Shown here: positions 1 to 10,531 of the stretch, piece after piece
Numbering within the stretch: the first letter of the stretch is position 1
How the letters are laid out: every line of letters starts with the position of its first letter
Assembly: GCA_002342025.1 (NCBI GenBank)
Contig: DDPD01000071.1
Span: 744 to 64,743 of the forward strand
DNA length: 64,000 bases
From: Moraxellaceae bacterium UBA2477
GTDB lineage: Bacteria > Pseudomonadota > Gammaproteobacteria > Pseudomonadales > Moraxellaceae
Reading direction: 5' to 3'
Position numbers and translations under genes: made by a program
Notes under the pieces: model-generated
Seen by the model: the letters and a program-made list of their open reading frames with translations, nothing else
The model's database searches: none
What the model was told of the DNA's origin: nothing

Positions 1-815
1 TGCAGAATGTTCTCGCGCACCTTGGCGCTATCCTCGCCAATCAAATAACGGGCAATCCATGGCCGCTCGGCTGGCAGATCGATACCTTCTTTCTGCCACA
101 CCAAATCACCCAGCAAGGCATAGCGCGCGCCTGACGACAGCGTGATGAAGGCAATCACCGAGCCCGGCGTATGGCCAGGAGACGGCACCAGCACCACGGA
201 GCCATCATCCCAAACGTCGTAGCTGCTGGCGAAGCCCAGGTAGGGGCCATCGTTAAATCCATAGAGGCGGTAGTTGAGCTTGCCAAAGCTGTGCGCCAGT
301 GCGGCCGCCTCGTGATCGCTGGCAATGAAGCCCTGCTCCGGGGCGGAAATCCAGATCGGGATGTTCTTCAGGCTGTCGAGGCCGCTAACATGATCCCAGT
401 GCGCATGGGTGAGCACGATGCCATCCACCTGTTGCTTCGCGGCCGCAAGCTGGATAGCGGCCGGAACGCCCTTGGTGTAGGTCGTGGTGGCTTGCATAAG
501 CTGCGGCAGGGTTTTCACTTGTTCGTCGACCTGCAGGCCCAAGCCAGTATCGAAAAGCAGATTGCCTTTGGGGTGCTTCACCAAAATAGCCGTCATGGCA
601 AAGTCCCGTGGCTCAAGAAGACTGCCACCGCGATAGGCCAAGGCGGCTTTTGAATGCATGACGCCGGTAGGCAGTGCAGACAAACTCATGCCAGCAGGTG
701 AATTCGCCACCGGCAGTGTTTCAGAGAATTGAGGAATAGGTGATAGCGCTGACGGCGTGAATGTCCACAACAGCGCGCACAGCGCCAGCAGCACGACAAG
801 GGCAAGCTTTTTCAT
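1..815 (-). CDS. MBL-fold metallo-hydrolase, N-acyl-homoserine lactonase-like, with N-terminal signal/TM segment (3' end runs off window)
   Basis: Hand translation from ATG at 815: MKKLALVVLLALCALLWTF...LLFDTG...LTHAHWDHVSG...PGHTPGS...LLGDLVW, giving the HxHxDH, H and D metal ligands. Absent from the ORF track because it is truncated. Confidence 0.85.
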   Translation of the reverse strand, partial: MKKLALVVLLALCALLWTFTPSALSPIPQFSETLPVANSPAGMSLSALPTGVMHSKAALAYRGGSLLEPRDFAMTAILVKHPKGNLLFDTGLGLQVDEQVKTLPQLMQATTTYTKGVPAAIQLAAAKQQVDGIVLTHAHWDHVSGLDSLKNIPIWISAPEQGFIASDHEAAALAHSFGKLNYRLYGFNDGPYLGFASSYDVWDDGSVVLVPSPGHTPGSVIAFITLSSGARYALLGDLVWQKEGIDLPAERPWIARYLIGEDSAKVRENIL

Positions 816-841
816 GGCAGGAACTCGGGGCAAAAGAAGTA

Positions 842-1090
842 CTAACGTTGTACCAGCTTTAGCGCATCGAGCAAGGAGAAAGGCCAGCGCAGCTCGTCGC
901 CGGTGCTGCTGCGGAGCACGGGAATGAGCTCTCCGTAGCGGGCGACCAGCGCGTCATCGAGCGCGATGTCGATGCACTGCACGCTCACGCTGCGAGCACC
1001 GGACAGCGGTGCCAGCAGCGCCTCGGCGACATCACAGAGATGACAGCCGGGCGTGCCGTACAGCGTCAAGGTGGGCCCGTGTGTAGTCAC
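842..1090 (-). CDS. Glutaredoxin-like protein (DUF836 type)
   Basis: LYGTPGCHLCD CxxC motif, YGELIPVL, LRWPF. GTG at 1090 chosen to avoid overlap with rlmKL. Confidence 0.8.
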   Translation of the reverse strand: MTTHGPTLTLYGTPGCHLCDVAEALLAPLSGARSVSVQCIDIALDDALVARYGELIPVLRSSTGDELRWPFSLLDALKLVQR

Positions 1091-1098
1091 ATCAAGCC

Positions 1099-3336
1099 TC
1101 ACACACGATGACGGAAGCGCCAGCAACGGTGGATCTTCGGGTCACGCTCATAGTCGAAACCAATGGTCTCGGCGCTGATGTCGGTGACATCAAACTTCGC
1201 CTGCAACGCTTCATCCAAGACAAACTTGCGGAAGTTATTGGAGAAATACAGCGTGCCGCCCGGCGCCAGACGCGACATCGACAAGCGCAGCAAATGACCA
1301 TGGTCGCGCTGCACATCAAAGTCGCTGTCCATGCGCTTGGAGTTGGAGAACGTGGGCGGATCCACAAAGATTAGATCGTAGAGATCACGCTCGTCCTTCA
1401 GCCAGGCCATCACATCGGCCTGAATCAGGCGATGGTGCGAGTCCGGCAAACCGTTCAGCGCCAGATTGCGATCGGCCCAGCCTAGATACGTCGCCGACAT
1501 GTCCACCGTGGTTGTGGTTTCGGCGCCGCCGTGCACGCCATCGCCAAGGGCGGCATGCACACTGACCGTGCCGGTATAGGCAAACAAGTTAAGGAAATGC
1601 TTGCCCGCCGCCTCGGCGGCAATGCGCATACGCATCGGGCGGTGATCGAGAAACAGACCGGTATCGAGATAGTCGGTCAGATTCACCAGCAAGGTCGCCT
1701 GGCCTTCGCGGACCTCGAAGAATTTTCCGGCCTTGCCCTGCTTCTCGTACTGTTGCTTGCCGCTCTGGCGCTCACGCACCTTGAGGAAAACCTTGTCGCG
1801 GTGCAGGCCCATGACCTTGCGGATGATCTGCAGTGCGAGCTTGAAGCGCGCCTCGGCCTTGGCCGGATCTACCGTCTTCGGCGGTGCATATTCCTGCACC
1901 TGCAAACGGCCTTCGTACACATCAATCGCGATGTTGTATTCCTGCAAATCGGCATCGTAGAGACGGAAGCAGCGCACATCCTGCTCGCGCGCCAGCTTCA
2001 GCGATGCCTTCAGGTTTTTCTGCAGGCGGTTGGCGAAGTCCATGCCCTCTTCCGGCAAGTCGTCGAGACTGCCCTCGAAGGCCAGCGGCAACTCCGGCTC
2101 GGCCGGCAGGATGCGACCATGACGGGCAAAGATCGGCAACGCACCGTTGTACAAACGCAGCGTGTGCTTGTGCTCCAGACCAAGTGCATCAGCATGGGTG
2201 ATGTCGGCAGCCAGCACCACGGCATCCCAACACGGCAGCGTTTCGCGTAGCTGACGGCCAATAGCGCGATAGAGGTAGCGCACACTGCCCTCATCGCCCA
2301 AACGCTCGCCATAGGGCGGATTAGTCGCGACCAATCCGGGCACGGAATAATTCTGACCGGCACCGGTAATGTCTGAAGCCCATTCCGCCGGCAGGCAAGC
2401 CGCCACGCTATTCAGCGACGGCGAGCGCCACTCGGCGATGCTGCGCTGTGACAAAGTAATCCACTGCGACACGCCCGCCGATTCGGCATTACGGTGCGCA
2501 CAGGCCAGCGCCTCGCCATCGGCATCGAAACCGACCAGACGCGGGGCCGGCTTTTGTAGGCCGGCGAGACGACGCGCCACGGCGTCATCGCGGATGGTTT
2601 TCCACAACTCGGCCTGATGCCCGGCCCAGCCATCAAAACCGAAGTGAATACGCGGCAGACCCGGTGCGGCATCGGCCCACATCAGCGCGGCCTCAATCAG
2701 CACCGTGCCGGAACCGCAGAGCGGATCGAAGAGACGGCCCTCGCCGCGCTCCGGCCAGCCGGCCTGCATAAGCATGGCCGAGGCCAGATTCTCTTTCAGC
2801 GGCGCATCGGTCTGGGCAATGCGGTAGCCGCGTTTGTGCAGACTGTCGCCAGAGAAATCGAGGCTAATGGTGAGTTGTTGCGCCTCAATGAACAGGTGCA
2901 GGCTGAGATCGGGATTCTCGGTATCGATGGATGGCCGGTCGCCGGTGCGCTGGCGGAAGCGATCAACGATGGCATCCTTCAAACGCAGCGCCGCGAAATG
3001 CGTATGCGTACTCACGCCCTTGGCGGCCGCCGAACGGATAACGAAGGTCGCGCCTGGACGCAGCACCTGCTCCCAGGGGTATTTCAGCGCATCATCAAAC
3101 ATGCGATCGGGATTGCCAGACGGTACCGTCAAAAGCGGCATCAGCACGCGTGAGGCCAGTCGCGACCACAGGCAGAAACGATAGCCGGCAGCGAGATCGC
3201 CTTGCACGGCAATCGCGCCCTTAAGTTTACGAGGCTCGCTGCCACCCAGTGCCAGCAGTTCGTCCACCAGCAGATCATCGAGGCCGTCAGCGCCGGTGAT
3301 CACCCACTCGCGGGTCTTCTCGATAGCGTTGCTCAC
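1099..3336 (-). CDS. rlmKL: Bifunctional 23S rRNA m2G2445/m7G2069 methyltransferase RlmKL
   Basis: THUMP region, [16 protein letters not shown] and NPPYGER; second MTase domain with [17 protein letters not shown] and DPPTFSNSK. Confidence 0.96.
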   Translation of the reverse strand: MSNAIEKTREWVITGADGLDDLLVDELLALGGSEPRKLKGAIAVQGDLAAGYRFCLWSRLASRVLMPLLTVPSGNPDRMFDDALKYPWEQVLRPGATFVIRSAAAKGVSTHTHFAALRLKDAIVDRFRQRTGDRPSIDTENPDLSLHLFIEAQQLTISLDFSGDSLHKRGYRIAQTDAPLKENLASAMLMQAGWPERGEGRLFDPLCGSGTVLIEAALMWADAAPGLPRIHFGFDGWAGHQAELWKTIRDDAVARRLAGLQKPAPRLVGFDADGEALACAHRNAESAGVSQWITLSQRSIAEWRSPSLNSVAACLPAEWASDITGAGQNYSVPGLVATNPPYGERLGDEGSVRYLYRAIGRQLRETLPCWDAVVLAADITHADALGLEHKHTLRLYNGALPIFARHGRILPAEPELPLAFEGSLDDLPEEGMDFANRLQKNLKASLKLAREQDVRCFRLYDADLQEYNIAIDVYEGRLQVQEYAPPKTVDPAKAEARFKLALQIIRKVMGLHRDKVFLKVRERQSGKQQYEKQGKAGKFFEVREGQATLLVNLTDYLDTGLFLDHRPMRMRIAAEAAGKHFLNLFAYTGTVSVHAALGDGVHGGAETTTTVDMSATYLGWADRNLALNGLPDSHHRLIQADVMAWLKDERDLYDLIFVDPPTFSNSKRMDSDFDVQRDHGHLLRLSMSRLAPGGTLYFSNNFRKFVLDEALQAKFDVTDISAETIGFDYERDPKIHRCWRFRHRV

Positions 3337-4388
3337 GCTTGACCTCGTTGGCTGCGAGCCATTTCAGTACGAGCTAGCTCAGCAATGCCAGCGGCAGCCT
3401 TGGCAATAACGCCCGGACCTTGATAAATGAAACCGGTATAAATCTGCACCAAAGAGGCTCCCGCCTGAATTTTTTCCGCAGCTGACGCTGCATCATCAAT
3501 ACCGCCAACACCGATCAATGGCAGGCTGCCATCCAACGCCGCATGCAGCTCGCGCAACACCCGAGTCGACGACTCGCGCACCGGACGACCACTGAGGCCG
3601 CCCATTTCATCACCATGGGCCATGCCCGATACCGCCGTCCGAGCGATGGTGGTGTTGGTGGCAATCACGCCATCGATTTCCTGCGCCTTGAACACCGAGG
3701 CCATGATCTCGACCTCCTCCAGCGACAGGTCCGGGGCAATTTTCACCAGCAGCGGCACATACTTGCCATGCTCGCCGGAGAGCTGCGCCTGACGCTCCTT
3801 CAATGACGCCAACAGACGCGTCAGCGCGTCCTCACTTTGCAGGCTGCGCAACCCCTGCGTGTTCGGCGACGAGATGTTCACCGTGACATAGTCAGCGTGG
3901 GCGTAGACCTTTTCCAGACAGATCAGATAGTCATCTTCGGCACGCTCGACCGGTGTATCGAAATTCTTGCCGATGTTGATACCGAGCACGCCGTCGTAAC
4001 GCATGCGCTCGACATTGCGAATCAGGTAATCCACGCCTTCATTATTGAAGCCGAGGCGATTGATGATGGCATTGGCCTGCGGCAGGCGGAACATGCGTGG
4101 CTTGGGGTTGCCCGGCTGTGGCCGTGGCGTGACGGTACCGACTTCGATGAAGCCGAAGCCGAGCGCGGCCAGCGCATCAATGTAATCGCCATTCTTGTCG
4201 AGACCGGCAGACAAACCCACGGGGTTACGGAAAGTCAGTCCGAGCAGCTCTACGGGCTGATCCGGCACTTTCGGCAGGCACTTGAGTAGCCCTAAGCGTT
4301 CGGCACGCGCGAGGTTGTTCAGGGTGAAGTGATGAGCCGTTTCCGGGTCTAGCTGAAAGAGCGCAGCGCGCGCTAACGGGTACAACAT
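3333..4388 (-). CDS. pyrD: Quinone-dependent dihydroorotate dehydrogenase
   Basis: [39 protein letters not shown]; start set at MLYPLAR. Confidence 0.97.
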   Translation of the reverse strand: MLYPLARAALFQLDPETAHHFTLNNLARAERLGLLKCLPKVPDQPVELLGLTFRNPVGLSAGLDKNGDYIDALAALGFGFIEVGTVTPRPQPGNPKPRMFRLPQANAIINRLGFNNEGVDYLIRNVERMRYDGVLGINIGKNFDTPVERAEDDYLICLEKVYAHADYVTVNISSPNTQGLRSLQSEDALTRLLASLKERQAQLSGEHGKYVPLLVKIAPDLSLEEVEIMASVFKAQEIDGVIATNTTIARTAVSGMAHGDEMGGLSGRPVRESSTRVLRELHAALDGSLPLIGVGGIDDAASAAEKIQAGASLVQIYTGFIYQGPGVIAKAAAGIAELARTEMARSQRGQA

Positions 4389-4428
4389 GCAAGGAGTCTC
4401 GACGAGGGCAATGCGTCGATTATACGCG

Positions 4429-4460
4429 ACATGGGTCCGCACATGGGTTCGCCATGGGCC
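4429..4460. repeat. Imperfect 12-bp tandem repeat (ACATGGGTCCGC ACATGGGTTCGC CATGGGCC)
   Basis: Read directly from the sequence, in the divergent intergenic region upstream of pyrD. Confidence 0.7.
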
Positions 4461-4622
4461 AAGAATTACCCTTACTCAATGTTCAAACTGTGAGACAAGG
4501 AGATGTATAGTGAAGAGTGTCCGTATCAGTGCTAATACTCAGGAACCCACTCAAGAGTTCATGGTTTCAGTTCCTTACTTCCAGTATCGTTGCCTCATCC
4601 CGTTCAGCCGATACTAAAAAAT

Positions 4623-5246
4623 ATGAAGCGTATTGAATCTGTCGAACAGCTCAGAAATCTGATTGGGCAGCCACATTCGTTGACCCAGCAAAAGATATCA
4701 CCCGAGTTAACCCCCGAAGCTCGCGACTTCGTTAGCAAGAGCGCGTTGCTCTTTATGGCCAGCGCGGGCAGCCAAGATGATCTCACCGTATCGCCTAAAG
4801 GCGACTTGCCGGGTTTCGTTCGTATTTTAGATGACCGCACGCTGCTAATCCCTGAACGTCCCGGCAATAAACTTCTGCATGGTCTGTGCAATATTCTGAA
4901 TACCGGCAGCATTGGTTTGCTCTTTGTGATTCCAGGCACTGAAGAGACACTTCGCGTAAATGGGAGTGCGTCCCTGTATGAGGATGAGGCCATGTGTCGC
5001 GAAATGGCGGCCAACGGGAAGCCGGCATTGCTGCTGATAAAAGTTGACGTGAAAGAGTGCTTTTTCCACTGCGCAAAGGCCTTCAAGCGGAGTAATGCTT
5101 GGCAACCGGCAAGTTGGCAAGCGCCCGTGAAGGTCAATTTCGGTCAACAAATTGCTCGAAATGCGGCGAGCGACAAAATTAGCCGCGCCGCCATTGCCAT
5201 CGCGGTAGAAGCAGCTGTGAAGGTGGATTACAAAATTAACTTATGA
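4623..5246 (+). CDS. Pyridoxamine 5'-phosphate oxidase-family FMN-binding protein (MSMEG_1061-like)
   Basis: SPKGDLPGFV, IPERPGN, GLLFVIPG..ETLRVNG, FFHCAKAFKRS. Confidence 0.88.
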   Translation: MKRIESVEQLRNLIGQPHSLTQQKISPELTPEARDFVSKSALLFMASAGSQDDLTVSPKGDLPGFVRILDDRTLLIPERPGNKLLHGLCNILNTGSIGLLFVIPGTEETLRVNGSASLYEDEAMCREMAANGKPALLLIKVDVKECFFHCAKAFKRSNAWQPASWQAPVKVNFGQQIARNAASDKISRAAIAIAVEAAVKVDYKINL

Positions 5247-5250
5247 AGTA

Positions 5251-5277
5251 AGCCGCTCTTCGACTCGAGGAGCGGCT
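5251..5277. terminator. Hairpin between convergent PNPOx-like gene and pepN
   Basis: AGCCGCTCTTCGA-C-TCGAGGAGCGGCT; no strong U-tract. Confidence 0.45.
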
Positions 5278-5288
5278 GTTCATCAGCT

Positions 5289-7952
5289 TCAATTCGCCGC
5301 AATTCGCGTTAATGTCTCCCGCGTATCCGAAGACAACTCGCCCGCTAATAATCCGTCCAACGCCGCCAGCACTAAGGCCTGCCGACTGTCATCCAACTTA
5401 CGCCAGATTCCAAAAGCGCCTGCCAAGCGCGAGGCAAGCTGTGGGTTGCGGGCATCAATCGCAGCGACCTCACGTGCCAGTAGCGCATAACCAGCGCCAT
5501 CCGCACGATGAAATGCCACCGGGTTATTGCCCGCTAGCTGCGCAACCACGGCACGCACACGGTTAGGCACTGTACGGTCGAAGTCTGGATGCGCCAGCAG
5601 TGCATCTGCAATCTCCACGGCGTTCGCGGCAGGCAGCGAAGCTTGTGTGGCAAACCACTGATCCAGCACCAGCGCTTCATGCTGCCAGCGCGCGTGGAAC
5701 TGCGCCAAAGCCTGCTCGGCACCCGGCAGCTGATGATGTACGAGTAAGGTCAGCGCGCTCTGCTCTGCAGTCATGTGCGGAGCAGAACTCAACCACTGTT
5801 GCGCGATAGCGCCCGCCTCCGCCGGCTCCAGCCGCGCCAAGGCATCGAGCGCGGTGCGGGCTAATGCACGACCGGCAATCGCTTCGGCATCATAGACATA
5901 GGGCTGCAGCATCACGCCCTGTTGCAGGATTTTCCGGAAGTTCGCGGCCATCGGCGTGGAGATTGCCAGCAGCACTTGCTCACGAGCGACATTCAGCGCC
6001 GCCGGGTCATACACAGCCACCTGTTCGGCAAGATAGCCCAGACTCGGCAGCTCCAGCAGCTTCACCGCCAATGCCGGGTCGGCAGCTGCCAAATCCGGCC
6101 ACATCGCGGCCAGCGCATCCGCCAGCACACTCGAACGCGCAGCGCGAGCACGCACATCGCCGCGACGAATCAGCTCCGCCAGCGCCACGATTTCGCGTGT
6201 TGCCAGTTCCTGCGCAGCGGCCCAGCGATTGAAGCCATTGCTGTCGGCGCGTACCAGACGGGCCAGCGCGGCATCGTCGCAGGCGTAATCCACGCGAACC
6301 GGCGCGCTCAGGTCACGGAACAGCGACAGCACAGGCTCCTCAGCAACACCCGAGAACACCCAGGTCTGAGTGGGCTGATCGAGCATGAGCAGAAACTCAT
6401 CGGCATGCTCGCCTTGCAGACTCACGCGGAGCGCACCCTGCTCACCAATCAGGCCCAGTCGCACTGGAATCGGCAGCGGCTCCGGTTGCGGATGCCCTTC
6501 CAGCGCGGCCTGAGTCTGCGCCAAGGTCAGCGTCAGCGTTTGCGCGGCGGCATCCCAGACCGGTGTAGCCGTCACCACCGGCGTGCCCGGCTGGCGATAC
6601 CAGCGCAGCCAGGTCGGCAGCCACTGCGCCAGATCGCGACCATTGGCAGCCCCGAGCGCGATCAGGAAATCTTCGACGGTGGCAGCACGGCCATCGTTGT
6701 CGGCAAAGTATTTGTCCGTGCCACGGCGGAAGCCGTCAGCACCGAGCACGGTGTGCAGCATGCGGGCGATTTCGGCGCCCTTCTCGTACACCGTCATGGT
6801 GTAGAAATTGTTGATTTCGACGAACGACTCCGGGCGTACCGGGTGCGCCAGCGGGCCGGCATCTTCGGCGAACTGGTGGGTGCGCAGAAAAGCAACATCC
6901 TCGAGGCGCTGCACGGCGGCAGAAAGCTGGTCAGCAGAGAATTGCTGGTCGCGGAAGACTGTGAAGCCCTCTTTCAGGCAAAGCTGGAACCAGTCGCGGC
7001 AAGTCACGCGATTGCCGCTCCAGTTGTGGAAATACTCGTGCGCCACCACCGCTTCAACGCGCTGAAAACCGCCATCGGTGGTGGTGGCCGGATGCGCGAG
7101 CACGCAACTGGTGTTGAAGACGTTGAGGCCCTTGTTCTCCATCGCGCCCATATTGAAGTGCGACACCGCGACGATCATGTAGATGTCGAGGTCGTACTCG
7201 CAGCCGTACTTCTCCTCGTCCCAGCGCATGGACGCCTTCAGCGAGGCCATGGCGTGATGGCACTTGTCCTGATCCTGAGCAGCCGTAAAGATTTGCAGCA
7301 CAACCTCGCGCCCCGAGCGCGTGACGAAACGGTCTTCAAGCACGTCCAGATCACCCGCGACCAGCGCAAACAGATAGCTCGGCTTTGGGTGTGGGTCTTC
7401 CCAAGTCGCAAAATGACGGCCGGCGTCCAGCTCGCCACGTGCCACGCAGTTACCGTTAGACAGCAGCACTGGGCACTGCGCCTTATCGGCAATCACGGTG
7501 ACGCGGAACGGTGCCAGCACATCGGGCCGGTCCGGGTACAGGGTGATCTTGCGGAAACCCTCGGCCTCGCATTGCGTGCAATACAGACCATGCGAGCGAT
7601 ACAGCCCTTCCAGCGCGAGATTGCTGTCCGGGTAGATGCGCACTGTGCTGGTAAACACACCGGCACCCGTGGCGCCCGGAAATACCCACTGCTCACCAGC
7701 CCAATGCCAGTCATCGGCACTCAGCGGTTGACCATCCCAGGCCAGCGCCAGCAGCTCCAGATCCGCGCCGAGCAGAACCAGAGGCGCATCGGCGGGAGCC
7801 GAAGGGTGTCGTTGCAACTGAAGCTTGGCGTGCACTTCGGCACAGCCCGGCAATAGTTCCACGGTAAATTCGGCTTGCAGCACCTGATAGGCCGGCACCT
7901 GATAATCCTTCAGATAAATCTTCTCGCCGCCAGCGGGTAATTCAATTTTCAT
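5289..7952 (-). CDS. pepN: Aminopeptidase N (M1 family)
   Basis: TQCEAEGFRKIT, GAMENKGLN, HEYFHNW..LKEG zinc motif, TVYEKGAE. Confidence 0.97.
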   Translation of the reverse strand: MKIELPAGGEKIYLKDYQVPAYQVLQAEFTVELLPGCAEVHAKLQLQRHPSAPADAPLVLLGADLELLALAWDGQPLSADDWHWAGEQWVFPGATGAGVFTSTVRIYPDSNLALEGLYRSHGLYCTQCEAEGFRKITLYPDRPDVLAPFRVTVIADKAQCPVLLSNGNCVARGELDAGRHFATWEDPHPKPSYLFALVAGDLDVLEDRFVTRSGREVVLQIFTAAQDQDKCHHAMASLKASMRWDEEKYGCEYDLDIYMIVAVSHFNMGAMENKGLNVFNTSCVLAHPATTTDGGFQRVEAVVAHEYFHNWSGNRVTCRDWFQLCLKEGFTVFRDQQFSADQLSAAVQRLEDVAFLRTHQFAEDAGPLAHPVRPESFVEINNFYTMTVYEKGAEIARMLHTVLGADGFRRGTDKYFADNDGRAATVEDFLIALGAANGRDLAQWLPTWLRWYRQPGTPVVTATPVWDAAAQTLTLTLAQTQAALEGHPQPEPLPIPVRLGLIGEQGALRVSLQGEHADEFLLMLDQPTQTWVFSGVAEEPVLSLFRDLSAPVRVDYACDDAALARLVRADSNGFNRWAAAQELATREIVALAELIRRGDVRARAARSSVLADALAAMWPDLAAADPALAVKLLELPSLGYLAEQVAVYDPAALNVAREQVLLAISTPMAANFRKILQQGVMLQPYVYDAEAIAGRALARTALDALARLEPAEAGAIAQQWLSSAPHMTAEQSALTLLVHHQLPGAEQALAQFHARWQHEALVLDQWFATQASLPAANAVEIADALLAHPDFDRTVPNRVRAVVAQLAGNNPVAFHRADGAGYALLAREVAAIDARNPQLASRLAGAFGIWRKLDDSRQALVLAALDGLLAGELSSDTRETLTRIAAN

Positions 7953-8770
7953 AGCACAGTCACTTCCCACTCATGGCCGGTGTACTTGCGCACATTGAGC
8001 ACGCCGGTATCGAACAACAAATATTGACCCTTGATGCCGGTCAGCACGCCCACCGCCGGCTCTTTGTCCGGGCTGAACGATTTCGCCTTCACGGCGAACT
8101 GCTGCACGGGATAACTCAGGCTCAGCACATCCGCCTGCACACGCTCGATCTGGCCGGGAAACTCGGCCTCCAGCGCGGCCAGTTCGACCGCGCACAAGGC
8201 CAGCAAGCGATCGCGCTCGGCCGCCAGATCCATGTCGGCATACTCGCCCTTGACCAGCGCCTGCCACTTGGTCTTGTCCGCCACATGCGCCGCCAGTGTA
8301 GTTTCGATCAGGCCAGACAAGCGCCGCGTCGCCACCCGAAAGATCGGCAACGCCTGACCCGCGCCCTGATCGATCCAGCGCGTGGGAATCTGTGCTTCAC
8401 GAGTGATGCCGACCTTCAGGCCGGTCGAATTGGCCAGATACACCACATGCGGAATCATGCAATGGGTCACGCCCCAGTCCGGTTCGCGACAGGTACCCAA
8501 GTGGTGATGGCAAGTTTCCGGCTTCATGATGCACATGTCGCAGGCCGCTAGCTTCGTGAAGCATCGGAAGCAGTGACCTTGGTTGAAGGACTTGTTGCTG
8601 GACTTACCACAGGCCACGCAGGTAATACGCTCGCTGGCGCGAATCTCCAGCGTCTTGCCAATGAGGCCGTTCATGGGCAGCAGCACATCGTCCAGCGGCA
8701 GGAAGTAATTCAGCGCATTGGCGCTCGCCGCATTCCGTTCACACTGCATTTTCCTTACAGTACCGCGCAT
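7949..8770 (-). CDS. DUF2797 domain-containing Cys-rich protein
   Basis: CVACG..KSFNQGHCFRC..CDMCIMKPETCH, VYLANS.GLKVGITR, RWIDQGA, GIKGQYL; overlaps the pepN start by 4 nt. Confidence 0.88.
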   Translation of the reverse strand: MRGTVRKMQCERNAASANALNYFLPLDDVLLPMNGLIGKTLEIRASERITCVACGKSSNKSFNQGHCFRCFTKLAACDMCIMKPETCHHHLGTCREPDWGVTHCMIPHVVYLANSTGLKVGITREAQIPTRWIDQGAGQALPIFRVATRRLSGLIETTLAAHVADKTKWQALVKGEYADMDLAAERDRLLALCAVELAALEAEFPGQIERVQADVLSLSYPVQQFAVKAKSFSPDKEPAVGVLTGIKGQYLLFDTGVLNVRKYTGHEWEVTVL

Positions 8771-8794
8771 GACCCGTTCACCTGGTGAAAAACA

Positions 8795-9304
8795 TTGAAG
8801 AAAACTCTGGATGCCGCCGCTTTACATCTCATCGCCACGGCACTCGAAGATAGCCAACACGCATCGGCGCAGAGCAAAAGTGGCCTCTGGGTCAGTGACC
8901 AGCCCTGCCCCCCCATGCCTCAGATGAACGCGCTGAGCTGGTTTGAAACCAGCCCTCAGAATCTATTGCAAAGCCCTTGGCAGAAACGCCATGACCTCGC
9001 CGTGACATGGTTATCGGCAGAGCTGCCTTGGCAGGATGTGCTGCACCTGCTTTCTGCCCTGCGCGACCTGCATGCCCGACAACTGTTGGCATTCGTGCCT
9101 GCCGCTGCTTGGTCGGAGCAGAATGCACTGGCACAAGCCGACCCGTTACGGGCCTTAGGTTTGCAGCAGCAAGCCCGCTTTCAACAAGGTGATGACCTGA
9201 TTGAAGCGTGGAGCTTTGATATTCGCACCTACAAAACCGTTCCGGACTGGCTTAACCCACGGTTCTGGGCTAACCCCGAAAATTGGAACAAGTACCGCTG
9301 GTAA
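8795..9304 (+). CDS. DUF6231-like conserved hypothetical protein
   Basis: Characteristic C-terminus FDIRTYKTVPDWLNPRFWANPENWNKYRW; TTG start is uncertain. Confidence 0.75.
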   Translation: MKKTLDAAALHLIATALEDSQHASAQSKSGLWVSDQPCPPMPQMNALSWFETSPQNLLQSPWQKRHDLAVTWLSAELPWQDVLHLLSALRDLHARQLLAFVPAAAWSEQNALAQADPLRALGLQQQARFQQGDDLIEAWSFDIRTYKTVPDWLNPRFWANPENWNKYRW

Positions 9305-9313
9305 AACAACGAC

Positions 9314-9583
9314 TTAATGTAGAAACTTAACGCGCTGCTGTTCGGGATGAGGCGTGTCACACACCGCGCCTTCTTTCTCTTTTTTCTCGATGTAGCCGCT
9401 GCGCTCAGTCTGAGGCAGATGCTTGGCCTCCCACGCAATGACAGCCTGCATGCTGGTCTCCAGCTGCTCTCGTGTTAGTCGCTTGCCATCAGGCCATTTG
9501 CCCAGCTCAATGGCTTTACGCAAGTTAGCCACGATCTCGGGAGTCAGCACTTCCAGCATGCGGGAGAGCAACACTTCGTTCAT
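9314..9583 (-). CDS. YeaC/DUF1315 family protein
   Basis: LTPEIVANLRKAIELGKWPDGKRLT.EQ. Confidence 0.88.
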   Translation of the reverse strand: MNEVLLSRMLEVLTPEIVANLRKAIELGKWPDGKRLTREQLETSMQAVIAWEAKHLPQTERSGYIEKKEKEGAVCDTPHPEQQRVKFLH

Positions 9584-10470
9584 TCATTATCTCCCTGGCT
9601 GAGGTGGCTACTCCAACCCAGCTTGGTGCGGCAGGCCGCGTAAAAATCATGTCCCGGCGGATGAATCAGGCGCAACTTAAAGGGATGTTTGCGCACATAC
9701 ACCCAGTCGCCCGCCTTCAGCATTTGCCCCGGTTGGCCGTCCGCACTCACACGAGGTGGAATATCGGACAGCACCTGAATCTTAATTTCGCTTTCGCCAT
9801 CCACCACAATGGGGCGACTACTCAGCGTGTGCGGGTGCATTGGCACCAGCCCCATCGCATCCAGACGCGGATGCAAAATGGGGCCACCACCCGATAAGGC
9901 ATAGGCCGTGGAGCCCGTGGGGGTACACACAATTAAACCGTCTGAGCGCAGGCGATAGACAAACTCGCCTTCCACATAGAGCTCAAACTCAATCATGTGC
10001 ACGGTCTTGCCGGTATGCAAGATGACATCGTTAAGCGCCAACATATCGCCCAGCACGAGGCCGTCGCGACACACCTCGGCACTCAGCATAAAGCGCTTAT
10101 CTTCAGCAAAGTCACCCCGTAATACCGCTCCCAGCTTAGCTTCCAGCTCACTAGGCGCGACATCCGTGAGAAAGCCTAAGCGGCCACGGTTAATGCCTAA
10201 CACCGGCGTATTCGAGCGCGCCAAGGCTCTTGCGGCATGCAGGAGCGAGCCATCGCCTCCGACTACAATCACGAGGTCACAGGCTTCGCCCAGCGATTGC
10301 CGGGAGCACATTTGTATGTCGTTGCGGGAGGGCAACAGCGCCGCGGTATCTTCATCAAACAAGACACGCCGCCCCTGACCTTCAAGGTAGCGCTGAACGT
10401 CGAGCAGGGTATCGGCGACGGCGGTATTACCGGGTCGGCCCATTAGGCCAATATTGCGGAACCATTCCAT
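9580..10470 (-). CDS. nadK: NAD(+) kinase
   Basis: GGDGSLL, GINRGRLGFLT, ALND, DGLIVCTPTGSTAYALSGGG. Confidence 0.97.
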   Translation of the reverse strand: MEWFRNIGLMGRPGNTAVADTLLDVQRYLEGQGRRVLFDEDTAALLPSRNDIQMCSRQSLGEACDLVIVVGGDGSLLHAARALARSNTPVLGINRGRLGFLTDVAPSELEAKLGAVLRGDFAEDKRFMLSAEVCRDGLVLGDMLALNDVILHTGKTVHMIEFELYVEGEFVYRLRSDGLIVCTPTGSTAYALSGGGPILHPRLDAMGLVPMHPHTLSSRPIVVDGESEIKIQVLSDIPPRVSADGQPGQMLKAGDWVYVRKHPFKLRLIHPPGHDFYAACRTKLGWSSHLSQGDNE

Positions 10471-10531
10471 GAGCGAACCATCTCTTGAGATGGCGCGAGT
10501 CTAGCGTTTGCTAGGCGTCACGGAAAGGGTA

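Noticed and set aside
171-653. 160-aa plus-strand ORF
   Set aside because: Opposite to the real MBL hydrolase on the minus strand
5247-5288. Hairpin as an integron attC site
   Set aside because: No RYYYAAC/GTTRRRY ends, too short, and no integrase or second cassette
5922-7856. 644-aa plus-strand ORF
   Set aside because: Antisense shadow of pepN; codon bias in a GC-rich gene suppresses stops in this frame; no motifs
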